A stretch of 64,000 bases of DNA. It comes from Leucoraja ocellata. Lineage: Eukaryota. Below, one piece after another: positions 36,281 to 48,754 of this stretch. Below the pieces are notes generated by a model. That model was not told the origin of the DNA. It was given only the letters and a program-made list of their open reading frames with translations, and searched no databases. The translations under genes were made by a program, and so were the position numbers. The stretch lies in contig JAWMAR010000726.1 in the NCBI GenBank assembly GCA_036785375.1, positions 372,001 through 436,000 on the forward strand, written 5' to 3'. Every line of letters starts with the position of its first letter. Positions within the stretch are counted from its first letter, which is position 1.

Positions 36281-37429
36281 CTTCCTTTTGCTGCATGCTA
36301 ACCAGTCAGCATAAAGACAATATACAATTACAATTGAGCCATCCACAGTGTAGATACATTGAGGGAAGTAAGGAACAGACACTCTGGCCATAATCTTCTT
36401 TACATCTGCAGATTCAGTGGTAATATTTCAGGACTGGAAATCTGTCAAAAACATAAGAGTTTATGGATGAACCTTTAACTACATATTAGCAAGTTTGCCT
36501 CCAATGGTGGGAAACGTTCTTAAAGGAATAGTCAGGGACAGAATTAGAGGTCACTTTAACCAAGTGTTGATTTATTGGAGATGCCAGCATAGATTTGTCA
36601 ATGAATCATTTATTCATTCAAGGGATGTGGGTGGTGCAGGCTGAGCCAGCCTTTCATTGTACATCCCTAATTGCCCTTGAGAAGGTGCTGATATGCCTTT
36701 TTGAACCGTTGCAGTCCTTCAGCTGTGAGTATACCCAATTGGTGTTGAAGAGGGAGCTCCAAGGGAAAATTTACCCAGTGACAAATGAATTCAGTGCATC
36801 CTGTAGACGGTACAAACCGCTATGACTAAGCGAATGGTTGTGGACAGAGTACCTATATCAAGCAGCTTCCAAGTTCTGTATGTTGTCAAGCTCCTTGTCT
36901 TGTTGAGGCTGAACTTATCCAGGCAATTGGAGAGTATTCCATCACACTTTAATTTTATTTTTTAATGCAGTTACAATGAGTTAGAGAGAAATGCAGATTG
37001 TGTATGGATTTCCAAAAAGGCATTTTGATAAAGGCGACACAAAATGAAGTCGACTTCAAGATCTAATGTGTTGGAATAAAAGGATTAAACACATCGGTCA
37101 AATACAGGGAATATTAGGATTGTATCATCAGACTAGATAAGAAGTGCAGTGTAGATATCCTTGGACTTACCAGATCTCTTAAAGTTTGAAATAAGGACAA
37201 TACACTGTTTAGACTTTCTAAAAACTTTATCTGTATGTAAACGTTCATGGGTTGTCTGAAGAAGGGTCCCAACCAGAGATGTCACCCATCTTCTTTCTCC
37301 AGGAGTGCTTGCCTGACCTGCTGAGTTACTCCAGAACTTTGTGTCCATCTTCAGTACAAACTAGCATATACAGATCCTTTCCACACGTTATCCTTCAGTG
37401 TCTTGGGTACAGCAAAACTTTTCAATCAC

Positions 37430-37705
37430 TCATCATTTAAAAATACTTGCACTTCTATTTTGTCCTTCCAAAATTAATGACATTAATTTTCCACGTCATA
37501 ACCTCTCCCATTCCTTTAAGCCATCTATATGCCTTGAAGCTGCTCTGCATTTCCTTCACAGCCCACGCTACCATTAGCTTTGTACCAGCAACAATGTTGG
37601 ATATATTACATTTGACCTCTATATCGCAATCACTGAAACACATTGTGAACAGATGAGGGCCCAGCATCAAGCCCTGCAACACCCTATTAATCACAGCCAA
37701 TCTAA
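37430..37705 (-). mobile_element. Old CR1 RT fragment
   Basis: VLQGLMLGPHLFTM..D.D...CNIS..TKL, a decayed GVPQGSVLGP/FADD region. Confidence 0.7.
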
Positions 37706-39418
37706 AAATATCACATTATTCCAAATGTCCTTTAACTAATCCTCAACCCACAATTTATAGAATACCCTGACAATGTGCAGTCCAACCCAATACCTGTAGC
37801 AACTTGTTGAAGGTCTAATTTAAAGGCCCACACGTCCAAATTAACTTATCCAATTGTTTATTGCCAAGGTAATAATTTTAATAGATTGCAGAAATTTCCT
37901 ACTACATGTGCCAGGCTTACATAAGAAATAGAAGGCTATTTGGCCCTTTGTTCTGAAATTCATTACAGCGAGATAGTCAAATATTCAATAATAATGTTCA
38001 AACCAGCATTTTTTTTCTTTTTGCTTGTTGTCCAAACGGCTTTTTGTGTACAAGAACAAGTAAGCCCCTTTGAACATCATCCAAACATTACCCCAAAACT
38101 AACCATTTAGCAATATATTCCACCTTCCATTCTATGCACCAAATATTTCCACATTATATTCCATTGATATGATTTATAGCTTCCTATTTTCTTTATGTCT
38201 CCTCAATTAGTGGTCTCCTTACATGTTAATAATTTGTACTTGAGTATACAGGGTTCAAATTTATAGATGAAAAATGAATGCATAATGAAATATGATGCAA
38301 TAAATTGCAAGGTGGATAGTAATAAATAAGTGGCAGATGAAATTGGAATAGAGGAAGCTGCAAGGAGATTTGATGGAGAATAATATCATGAAGGGTCAGA
38401 AGACCAAGTAGTGTTTCATTTTAGTGATATAACTTCACAAAGAAGGGAATAATAAAAGTTCAAAAGCAAAATAAAAATCATATCTAGATAAAGACCATGT
38501 TTGCCATCAGTTGTTTATATGTTATATAGTACAATGAAATTCAAGAAAATTCTGAATTACACCCTCAAGCTGATAAACAGATCTGCGTTTTATTTGAACC
38601 ATTATCATCAACTTCACAAACATATTGGCAAAATAAGGATGCTGCTCATCTGAAACAAAAAAAAGAGGGCAATCTTCACCAACTATTGCCGTGCCCTCGT
38701 CACCTAGCAGGATTGGGACAAGCCCTCGCTACATTATGAAGACATGAAATGTGCAGCTATTGTAATTTAAAGTAAAAAGGGAGACCGGTGGTTTTTTGAT
38801 CATTATTTAGAGACTAAAAAATAAGGACAACACTCTGCCTCCAAGCACTCGATTAGAAAGGCCAAGTATCCATTATTACAATTACGTTGCGCAAGTTCAT
38901 TATGCATTTGTTCACTGGTGACTGACTCTGCCTTGTAAACAAAAACTCAGCAAAGGATCCAACCACCTCTCTTTCTCTCCTCCAAATTAAATGGTGGGCG
39001 GTGCATTTATCCCGAGTTGATCAGGAGGGTGAATCCCAATGACTGCAGCTTGTATGAAGCTGCCGTGGGTTGTGGAGTGGAAGAGGGGGACGGGGACGTT
39101 GTGACAAGCAGCTGGCTGGCCGCAGGAAAGAAGGACAAGCGGACGTGAGAGGGATAGCCGGGCGATGGGGATATGGGGGGAGAAGGAGGGGTCGTTTTAG
39201 GTGGTGAAGTGGAAACGCGGGAGGGGGGAGAGTGGTGTTGGGGAGGCGATGGGTGGGGACTGGAGGGAGACGGGTGGTCGCGGAAAGGCGATGAGTGGGA
39301 GATGCACCCGGGGGTGCGGGGCGGAGGTGAGAGGAGGGGCGGCCCCGGTTCCGCAGGCCCGAAGCACCGCCATCACCACAAACTTCCCCCAGCAGCCGCC
39401 CGTGACTGACTGACTCAC

Positions 39419-39620
39419 CCACCTGGGTCAAGGAGGTGAACTTTCGCCGCCTTGCGAATGTGGAATTAATATTGCAGCAGCCGCTAAGGGCGGGGGTCGT
39501 ATTGTCGGGGCCGCTGTGTTTGTTTATTGTGCACCGAGCGAAGCTTCTCAACCCAACTTCAACGCCCGCCCCGGTCACGCGCCCAGCCGCCCTCTGATAC
39601 GTCCGCCAGGGCCCGACGTC
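39419..39620 (-). other. SPSB3: Probable non-coding first exon of SPSB3
   Basis: Lies in the CpG island with a strong minus-strand donor GTGAGT at 39418 and an alternative GTGGGT at 39422. I saw no minus-strand ATG. The 5' end is approximate. Confidence 0.55.
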
Positions 39621-39985
39621 ACAGCGCTCCGCCCTGTGAGTGGACGACAGGCGCGTCAATCACGTAAGGACCCGCCCATCCCCGGCGCCGACGGCCGTCC
39701 AGTTGCCGGTTTTGACGCCGGCGCCGTGACGTTACGGGCCAGCGCGCGCGCTCGTGACGTGGACAGACCGTTGGGTTGGGGGTGGGGGGATGACGCGTGA
39801 ACGTGTACGCCAGCGCGTGATGACGTCAGTGGACCGTCGGGTTGGGTTTTGAGGAGGAGGGGGCGAACGCACGCAGCCGCGTGATGACGTCCATGGGCCG
39901 TTGGGGCCGCGCCCGCGCACGCTGTGACGTACGGGTCCGTCGGGACCACGCACGTTCCCGTCGTCGCGCTGAGCAAGCGGGCGAC

Positions 39986-40001
39986 ATGGAGATGGCGGAA
40001 G
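39986..40001 (+). CDS. NUBP2: NUBP2 first coding exon (16 nt)
   Basis: gacATGG Kozak context; ATG GAG ATG GCG GAA G|GTAAAG. A 5-codon + 1 nt first exon, as in human NUBP2 (MEAAA-E). Confidence 0.7.
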
Positions 40002-40704
40002 GTAAAGAGAAACCTCTTCCCTTCGGCCCGGCGTCGTGAGGAGGAGGAGGGAGGGGGAATTCAAGGTCAGGGGAGAGACGTGTAGGAACTGCAGATGCTG
40101 GTTAACACCGAAGGTAGACACAAAATCGTGGAGTAAGTCAGCGGGCTCGGCAGCGAAACTTTACCCGTTCCTTCTCTCCAGAGATGCTGACTGACCCACT
40201 GAGTTACTCCAGCACTTTACCTATCTGCATATGAGAGACTGCAGGTCACTGACAGAAAAAAAGGGAGACGTGTTGCGTTTGATCATTGTTGTCGACTGGC
40301 TAAGAGGGGTTAGTGGGTCGAACGTGGTGGGGGGTGGAACTACATTTGGGTATCTTGGTCAGCATGGACGTGGGCCGAAGGGCCTGTTTCCATACTACGT
40401 GACCCCTTCCAAGCTTTTTGCTCTACAATGGTGGTTATGTCAGGGGTTATGGGGTGAAGGCAGGAGAATGGGGTTGAGATCAGCCATGATTGAATGGTGG
40501 AGTAGACTTGAGTGGCCAAATGGCCTAATTCTGCTCCTGTAACTCATGAACATGAATGGGTGAGTGAAGACCCATGTGCATACATACACACACAGACCAA
40601 CGTGATGGTTGTCAAAATGGGAACTCAATCTTTTTAAGCAATTTTACATTGGTTGATGTAAAAAAAAATCTTACTTAGACTATCTAAAGACAGTGATATC
40701 TATA

Positions 40705-41025
40705 AGAGTAGTAGCTCAGGTCAAGCAAGGACAGTGGATGAACAGGGAAAGTAGATAAGAGGATATTTAGCTGGAGGGACCTTTGGTGCATGGAGGTGGG
40801 TCATGTAAGTTCCCTTATAGGTACTATTTATGATGATGCTACCATCACCACAGAACCTCAAACAGTGGGTAGGTGGAGACCTGACGTGTCCCTGTGTTCA
40901 GAGGTGGCAACGTTGAGGCATATTTTGTCGGGATGTAAGACTAGACTTTCGCGGGGTCGGTATACTTGGCAGCATAACCAGGTCTTGAAGTGAATGGCTG
41001 CAGCAATTGAGAGGAGGAGAGCTTA
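40705..41025 (+). mobile_element. HERO-like (RLE-clade) non-LTR retrotransposon fragment
   Basis: VAQVKQGQWMN..SWRDLWCME and LCSEVATLRHILSGCKTRLSRGRYTWQHNQVLK, a CCHC knuckle plus R/QHN motif preceding an RLE nuclease. Confidence 0.7.
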
Positions 41026-41212
41026 TTATTCCATAAGTAGTTAGATATTGTCATTAGCATAGGTGTATTTAAGCAGTTCAGAGCAGTACAGCTTTTGTTT
41101 TTTTGGTTGAATGTTTATAGCACAAGTACTTTGTATTTTAATTGTAATCATAAGACATCAGCACTAAAAACTGAACATGTTTGAAGAAAGGACTTGACCC
41201 AAAACATCACGT

Positions 41213-41797
41213 AGGGCTCCGTAGTTGGACAGAGCCCTAGTGAGACCACACCTGGAGTATTGTGTGCAGTTTTGGTCCCCTAATTTGAGGAAGGACATTC
41301 TTGCTATTGAGGGAGTGCAGCGTAGGTTTACAAGGTTAATTCCCGGGATGGCGTGATATATGCTGAGAGAATGGAGTAGCTGGGCTTGTACACTCTGGAG
41401 TTTAGAAGGATGAGAGGGCATCTCATTGAAACATATGAGATTGTTAAGGGCTTGGATACGCTAGAGGCAGGAAACATGTTCCCAATGTTCGGGGAATCCA
41501 GAACCAGGGGCCACAGTTTAAGAATAAGGAGTAAGCCATTTAGAACGGAGACGAGGAAACACTTTTTCTCACAGAGAGTGGTGAGTCTGTGGAATTCTCT
41601 GCCTCAGAGGGCAGTGGAGGCGGGTTCTCTGAATGCTTTCAAGAGAGAGCTAGATAGGGCTCTTAAAAATAGCGGAGTCAGGGGATATGGGGAGAAGGCA
41701 GGAATGGGGTACTGATTGGGGATGATCAGCCCTGATCACATTAAATGGCGGTGCTGGCTCGAAGGGCTGAATGGCCTACTCCTGCACCTATTGTCTA
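41213..41797 (+). mobile_element. CR1 LINE 3' end
   Basis: [43 protein letters not shown], plus the 3' UTR. Confidence 0.92.
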
Positions 41798-43383
41798 TTA
41801 TCACCCATTCCTTCTCTCCAGAGATGCTTCCTGTCCTACTGAGTTACTCCAGCATTTTGTGTCTATCTTCGGTGTGTAACCAGCATCTGCAGTTCCTTCC
41901 TATACAGACTTAGTAGCTATATAATACAAGTCAGTGCCACCCTTCACCTGTTTCTATGGATTACAACTGAATGTAAAATTGTGTATGCATTGGGCTAAGC
42001 AAAATGAGAAATGTACGCTGTAGTTTGGGAATTTCTGGCCAGTTAAGCGTGCAACTTAAGGCCGTGTCCTGATCGTGGAATTGTGTGTACCTGAGGCCAT
42101 AGTGCAAAATAGCTTGAACTTTGTCTCTACTCCTCTCAAATACAATTCCAATTCCTTTTGTGCTGCAACAAAGAGGCTCACATCATCTTTCAAGATTAGT
42201 GGCAATTGAACTCCTGAACAATTGAAAGCTTAATTTAGTAATTTGATGGTAATCTCATTTTCTTTTTAAGAAGAAGTGCTGTAGTGTTTTCTAATCCACA
42301 CTGTTGTCCTATAAAATCACCATGAAAATTTTATTGTTGGAGTTAGATCAAATGTTGACATGGTCAGTGAGTGTACATCACTGAAGAAGGGTCTGTCCCG
42401 CTGAGTTACTCCAGCTTTTTGTGTCTGTCTTTGGTTTAAACCAGCATCTGCAGTTCCTTCCTACACATTTCTGCTGCTTGACTGGCTGTTGTTCCAGTGT
42501 ATTTGTTTCAGATTCTGGCATCCATGTATTTAGTATAGTTTAGCGATACAGCGCCCAAAAAGACCCTTTGGACTACCAATTCCACACCAACCACTGATCC
42601 CCACTTGCTATCACTATCCTGCACATTTCTTTAGCCCCGTTGAGGCTGGATTACTCCGGAAGATCTATATTCCTCACACTATCCCGTGTAATCTTGCCCA
42701 TTAACTTCTCACATGGTTTGAAATATCTGTTTTTTTAACCCTATCCTATCCCATCATTTGTGTTCCTGATATAGGGCATGTTCATCTGTATTATTTTAAA
42801 TGTTATGGAGGTATGGTCGATTTTTATTCAAGAGTCTACAGTTATTGTGAATCTGGCAATATTTCCCATAATTTTCTACTTTGATTGTTTAAGATGTCAG
42901 AAGATCGTCTGAGTTGCACTGATCTCCGTTGGGGCAGAGCACTTCAGCCGCACCCACTCTCCTTGACAGGGAAATAGATGGGATCTACTTTCCGTGTTTT
43001 GATTGTTGACTAGTCATTCTCTTGCTGAAATTATGTGAATCTAGAAAAGTTTGTTGAAGTTAATTGAGTTCTGCAAGGGAATGATGCAGTCAGCAACTTA
43101 GAGATAATCTAAAGTGGTCAGAAAAGAATCATTTAATCATAATTTTCTTTTACCATTTAAAGGTGCACAATCTTTATTTTAAAAGGTAGATTAATTACTA
43201 ATGGCGAGGCAAGCAATTACAGATGGTGGAATCTTGAGGAAAACAAAAAGTGCAGGAGTAACTCAGCGGGTCAGGCAGTATCTGTGGACGACATGGATCA
43301 GTGACATTTTGGATTGGAACTGTTCTTCAGTGTAATATTGTTTGGAAAGGAAGAAAACCAAAAATTACATTGACACCAAAATC

Positions 43384-43583
43384 NNNNNNNNNNNNNNNNN
43401 NNNNNNNNNNNNNNNNNNNNNNNNNNNNNNNNNNNNNNNNNNNNNNNNNNNNNNNNNNNNNNNNNNNNNNNNNNNNNNNNNNNNNNNNNNNNNNNNNNNN
43501 NNNNNNNNNNNNNNNNNNNNNNNNNNNNNNNNNNNNNNNNNNNNNNNNNNNNNNNNNNNNNNNNNNNNNNNNNNNNNNNNNNN
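43384..43583. other. Assembly gap (200 N)
   Basis: Round-number run of N, suggesting the true size is unknown. Confidence 0.99.
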
Positions 43584-46500
43584 AGACAGCCGCCTGAACA
43601 GACCTGCCCCCCGCTCGACTCTACGGAGGAGCGTTCCATCTGGGGGGGGGGCAGCAACAAGGCGGTAGGACTGCTTACAAGGCGGTCCGCTATTCCCCGA
43701 CACCGCGTCCGAGCCCAGCCCGCTAGCGCCTGAGCAGCGGGCTGGAAGTAAAGCCACGGAAGAGGCGACCGGCCGGTGGCTTCCGACTTGTCGGACGGGG
43801 ACATCTTTCCACCCGCCCGGGGGAGAGACAGCCGCCTGAGCCGCTGGGGCGGCTCCTGGAGCAGGAGCTCCAGCGAGACGCGCTTCGTGAGGGGCGCTCT
43901 CGCAGGGGGGAGTTCAGGCACTCCCTCTACAGTGCCTTCTGCACTGTCCATTGCTTCCTCCTTACCCGAGGGTAGCTTTGGTGACCAGGACTGGGCTGGT
44001 CAAGAAGAGGGGACGATGGCTGAAGATCTCGGGAGTATGCATGGGGTGCAGGAATAGGAAGAGCTGCTAGGTGTGGTGGACCGCTACGTGGCAACTCCAC
44101 GTGCAGGAGGCCGTTAAAGGCCCTACAGGAGAGGTGGTCAATGAGGTATACAGCTCCAGAGAACTGTTAGTCCCTTAAAGTGCCGGCTGTAAACAGCCAA
44201 AAGTGGGGGCACGTTGGGGCAAACATTCGGAACCAGGAGCTAAAACTGCAGCGGTCCTCAGGCTCCTCACGTCAGCCATCACATCGTCTGCTCGTTCCGT
44301 GGACCAATATGGAGATCATAAGACCTGCCGTAAAATCTTAAATTTGCGGGGTTGTGCAAAACCCCAGCCACTGAGCCAGACCCACTGCTCTCTGGCAAAA
44401 ACCTCACAAAGCATATGAAGGATATGGAGAGGCCTTAACAAGCTTTCGGTCTCATGAGGGCAGGCCCCGCGACGAGCAAAACCAAAAACAATAAGCAGCA
44501 GCACCCCATCGAGTCCATCAGTCAACGTCTACCATATGGGACTGATGAAACCTCGGGGTCCACATGCTATCACCGAAAGTCTTCTTTAGACCAGGGCCCA
44601 GAGCGGACCCCATGGAAAATGTGCCACCCCCCAAAGTCACCGCCACGTCAGACGACGTGCAACACTCGTTGGACCGGCAGGAAACAAAAGAATACCCATA
44701 ACCATGGAGGTAGGTGGGTCTGGTTCCTACCAGCATATAGAGTAATACTAACACACGGGAGTCTATCATGAGTGATCAGTATATACTCAATGGCATTAGT
44801 GGATACAAATACAATTCATACTAGAAAAATTGCCACCAGGTCAACATTCACCCCAGAGGGTATTTTCCCTTCTCTGTTAAAGAGACGAGAGGGACAGGCT
44901 GAACTGGTGAGACCAATTACTAAGGGTATCATGGGAAAACCTGAACCCTTGCAATGTATTCACTAAACCCAAACAAGATGGTGGATGCCGCATCATCATT
45001 GACTTAACTTCACTAAATATGTTTGTTGAGTATATACATTTCAAAATGGAAACAGTTGTTACTGCCAAACAACTACATTCCAAAGGATACTTCATGGCAA
45101 GCATTGATCTTAAAGATGTTTACTATTTAGTACCATTCACAAGGATCATCGCAGATACCTGAAATTTACCTGGATGGGGCAGCTATAACAGTTTAAAGCG
45201 ATGCCTTAAATGGTAGGCAAGACCATGGAATTGACTATGTTAGCTGTGTCAGCTACAAAACAGTTATTCGAAACCTTGGGATTGTCTTACATCCAGATAA
45301 TTCTTAGTTTAAGCATCCACAATCATGGACTACTTGGGCTTCACAATTAATTCAGTCTACGTGACTAACATTGCCAAGAGACAAAATAGTTGAATTGGCA
45401 CAATCATGCAACAATTTAATGGTCAACAAACTACCAACTACTCAACAAGTAACAGAGTAATTGGAAAAATGGTAGCAGCATTTTCCGGCTACATAATTCG
45501 GACCTTTGCACCAAAAACAACATACAGGTCATTATGATCGTGTCATGAAGTTACCCACTGAAGCAATATCAGAACTACAGTGGTGGGCAAAAAACGTTTG
45601 GCATAGTTTACAGCCCTATTATCATCACTAACCCTATGCTAGTTATCCAAACAGATGCCAGTGCTCAAGGCTGGGGAGCAACTAAGTATATCTAGCACAG
45701 GTAATAGATGGACTAACCCGGAGTCATCATTACCACTTACACTGGGCATTAATTATCTAGAGATGGGTGACTTTTATGGTTTAAAGCATATGCACAAATA
45801 TGCATCACTTGCATGTACGGTTACAAATAGATAAATACTACGGTGGTGGCCTACATTAACCATATGGACGGCATAAAATCGGTATCATGCGACAAGTTGG
45901 TCAACACAATTTGGCAATGGTGTGTCGAAAGACATATTTGGCTATCAGCAACTTACCTGCCAGGTAAGCTAAATACAGTGGCAGACACCAGGTCACGTTT
46001 TTCGCAAAAATTATCAAGCAATATGGCACGCCAGATATCGATTTATTTGCATCAAGGCTAAATCACCAGGTACCTATGTATGTCGCTTGGGAAACAGACC
46101 CTGAGGCAACAGTTGTAGATGCGTTTGCGCTGGATTGGTGAAATTCTTCTTCTATGCATTTCCTCCCTTCTGCCTCATCAGTCGGGGACTACGCACAATA
46201 CAAATGGACTCTGCTTCAGGTACTTTGATAGTACCCGACTGGCCTACACAGCCATGGTTCCCAATACTCCATGACATGGTTGTTGAAGCTCCGATGGTAT
46301 TCCCCAGTGACCCAGAGTTATTAGCACCCAGTTTCGGGCACAAGCCACCCGTGCCATGAACAAATCAAACTCCTGGCTTGCAGATTCTGCACAAACCACT
46401 TCTGGGACTGGGATTATCATAACAGACCGTTGACACCATGTCAGCATCCCTCCGAACATCCACTAAAAAACAGCACTTGTCCAGCATCAAAAAATGGGAG

Positions 46501-47874
46501 AAGTACTGCTTGGATACAGGGACCACCTACTCAACCGCTACAGTTACCAACGTACTGGAATTCCTGGCGAACCTTCACCACGATGAAGGACTCAGCTACA
46601 GAGCCATCAACACAGCTAGAAGTGCCCTGCCTGTCTATTTAAAACCAGCTCCAGGACAACAGGCTATGGGGTCCCACCCGCTGGTGGTCAAACTAATGAA
46701 GGGTATTTACAACTCTAACCCCCTAGACCAAGGTACACCCATACATGGGATGTCAGTGTGGTCCTGACATACCTCGGGATGGCCACCAGCCAGATCCCTC
46801 AACCTGGAACAATCTATGCTCAAAACACTCATGTTGATGGCACTTGTATCTGCACAGAGGGTCCAGTCACTACACCTATTGCGACTGGACAGCATGCTCA
46901 CAGCTCCAGACCAGATCTCTGCCATTATCCAGGGACTGATCAAACAGAGCAGACCAGGAACACCTAATTCAGTCGTGGAATTCCGGGCTTACCCGCCAGA
47001 ACCACGGTTATGTGCCATGACCCACCTACTATCCTACATAGACACAACCAAAATATTCGAGGGAGATGAAAAGCCTTGTGGGTCAGTCATAAAAAACCTT
47101 ATGGTCGGGCGACGAGCCAAACCATTGCGAGATGGCTCAAGCAGGTGCTAAAACTGCTGGGATAAACACTAACATGTACAAATTTTATTCCACCAGGGCA
47201 GCATCCACGTCAACGGCTAAAAGAATGGACGTGCCTATCGACCACATCCTGGCTACAGCAGGATGGTCGGGGGAAAGACCGTTCAGAAATTTTATAATAA
47301 GCTGTTGGCAAAACCTGTTTTATTTGCAGGAAAGATTTTACAGACTGCAAATATTTAATTTAAGCCCGGGGGAGCAATTTAATTTCTTTGTTGTTATTGT
47401 TAAAAAATACCATTGTGTTTTTCTACAAACGGATTCATTGGTTGATTACGATAACACACTTCCTCCCTCAAGGACTTCGGCAGTGCGTGAAGTAATAACT
47501 GTTACACGGTTTGAAATCACAGAGCTTTGAAGTCTTCACGGAATCACTCGCGTGACTCCGAAGTAAAATAGTAAGATTAAACGAGAACTTACCAGTTTGA
47601 AGTTTGATCTGTATTTTACGAGGAGTTACGATGAGGGATTACGTGCCCTCCTCTCCCACCCTCAATAATATGGATCAAACTGATAAACTGATGTCTCCTT
47701 GTCTTTACTATGTTTACTTCAGTAACTGTGTCTATCTGTGATTCCACACCGCTGCTTTGAAGTATGCCGCGCATGTGTGCTGAGCGGGTTCTTCACGTAA
47801 TCCCTCATCATAACTCCTCGTAAAATACAGATCAAACTTCAAACTGGTAAGTTCTAGTTTAATCTTACTATTTT
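43584..47874 (+). mobile_element. DIRS1-type tyrosine-recombinase retrotransposon, decayed; 5' end lost in the gap
   Basis: RT (KPKQDGGCRIIIDL, HFKME, SIDLKDVYY), RNase H (QTDASAQGWG, VAYINHM, YLPGKLNTVAD), methyltransferase-like segment (IDLFASRLN, YAFPPF, IVPDWPTQPWF), tyrosine recombinase (INTARSAL, SAQRVQSL, STRAASTS..ILATAGWS). An 81-bp inverted pair 47565-47645 / 47794-47874 ends in TTTT. Confidence 0.95.
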
Positions 47875-47951
47875 ATTGCTCTTTCATGGCTTGTAAAGGG
47901 ACATTGTTTAGTTTCTTCAGATTCTTGACTGAATAACTAATTACTTTTCAG

Positions 47952-48021
47952 GAATGCACTAATGTATTTTCCAAAGGAGGTGGAGAAGGACTTGCTGAGC
48001 AGTCTGGGGTCCCCTTTCTAG
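47952..48021 (+). CDS. NUBP2: NUBP2 (cytosolic Fe-S assembly factor) penultimate exon
   Basis: ECTNVFSKGGGEGLAEQSGVPFL(G), with ttttcAG acceptor and GTGAGC donor. Confidence 0.93.
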
Positions 48022-48383
48022 GTGAGCCTCCAAGTGAACATTAAAGTCTAATCTCTTGTCTAATCTCCTCCAATTATCTTGATAATATTTATGTAAAAGT
48101 AGATTTCTTTGCAAATAAGATCCATTTTAAGAACTTTGCAATTAAATCACGTCAGAATTTCTATTGATTTAAGGAATAACATTGAGAGAGATACATTTTG
48201 TAATTGATACGATTTTCTGTCTTATTTTCTTATTTATTTTGTCCTATTAGGGCTCTGCCGGCTCTCAGAGCAACCGCTGCTTATTTCCCCTGTAACATAT
48301 TCTCTTCTGCATACTCAGCAATTGATCCCCTGTCCTCCCAAACATGGCGACAGGGAGAATCCAAGGTCAAGATTGAACCAAGG

Positions 48384-48604
48384 TTAGACACAAAATGCTT
48401 GAGTAAATCAATGGAACAGGCAGCATCTCTGGAGAGAAAGAACGGATGACGTTTCGGGTCGAAACCCTCCTTCAGTCTGAAGAAGGGTCTCAACCCAAAG
48501 CATCACCCGTTCCTTCTCCAGAGATGCTGCCTGTCCCACTGAGTTACTCCAGCATTTTGTGTCTACCTTTGATTTAAACCAGCATCTGCAGCTCTTTCTT
48601 ACAC
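48384..48604. mobile_element. Fold-back Penelope-LTR-derived element with two divergent hammerhead-like cores
   Basis: Palindrome centred on CTTCAGTCTGAAG, with a 12-bp duplication ATTGAACCAAGG at 48372-48383 and 48605-48616. Confidence 0.85.
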
Positions 48605-48754
48605 ATTGAACCAAGGGTGCTGGAGCTCTGTGACTTGAGGTCCATATGTCATACCTGTTTAATAGTTATAGTCATAAAGTCATACTGCCGGGAAACACAG
48701 CCCTTTGGCCAAACGTTCCATTTAAGCGGGTCCCATTTACTCACATTTGACCCA

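Larger units (their letters stand above)
39080..40060. promoter_or_regulatory. CpG island and bidirectional promoter of SPSB3/NUBP2 with a CRE/ATF motif cluster
   Basis: Very high GC and CpG content between head-to-head genes. TGACGTCA at 39821-39828, TGACGTGG at 39755-39762, further TGACG half sites and GC boxes. Confidence 0.85.

Noticed and set aside
39021-40121. Long ORFs in the CpG island
   Set aside because: GC-rich DNA is depleted of stops, and the region is explained as a promoter plus first exons.
46030-47300. Phage or bacterial integrase and DNA methylase (horizontal transfer or contamination)
   Set aside because: These are standard DIRS1 domains, collinear with RT and RNase H and bounded by DIRS termini.
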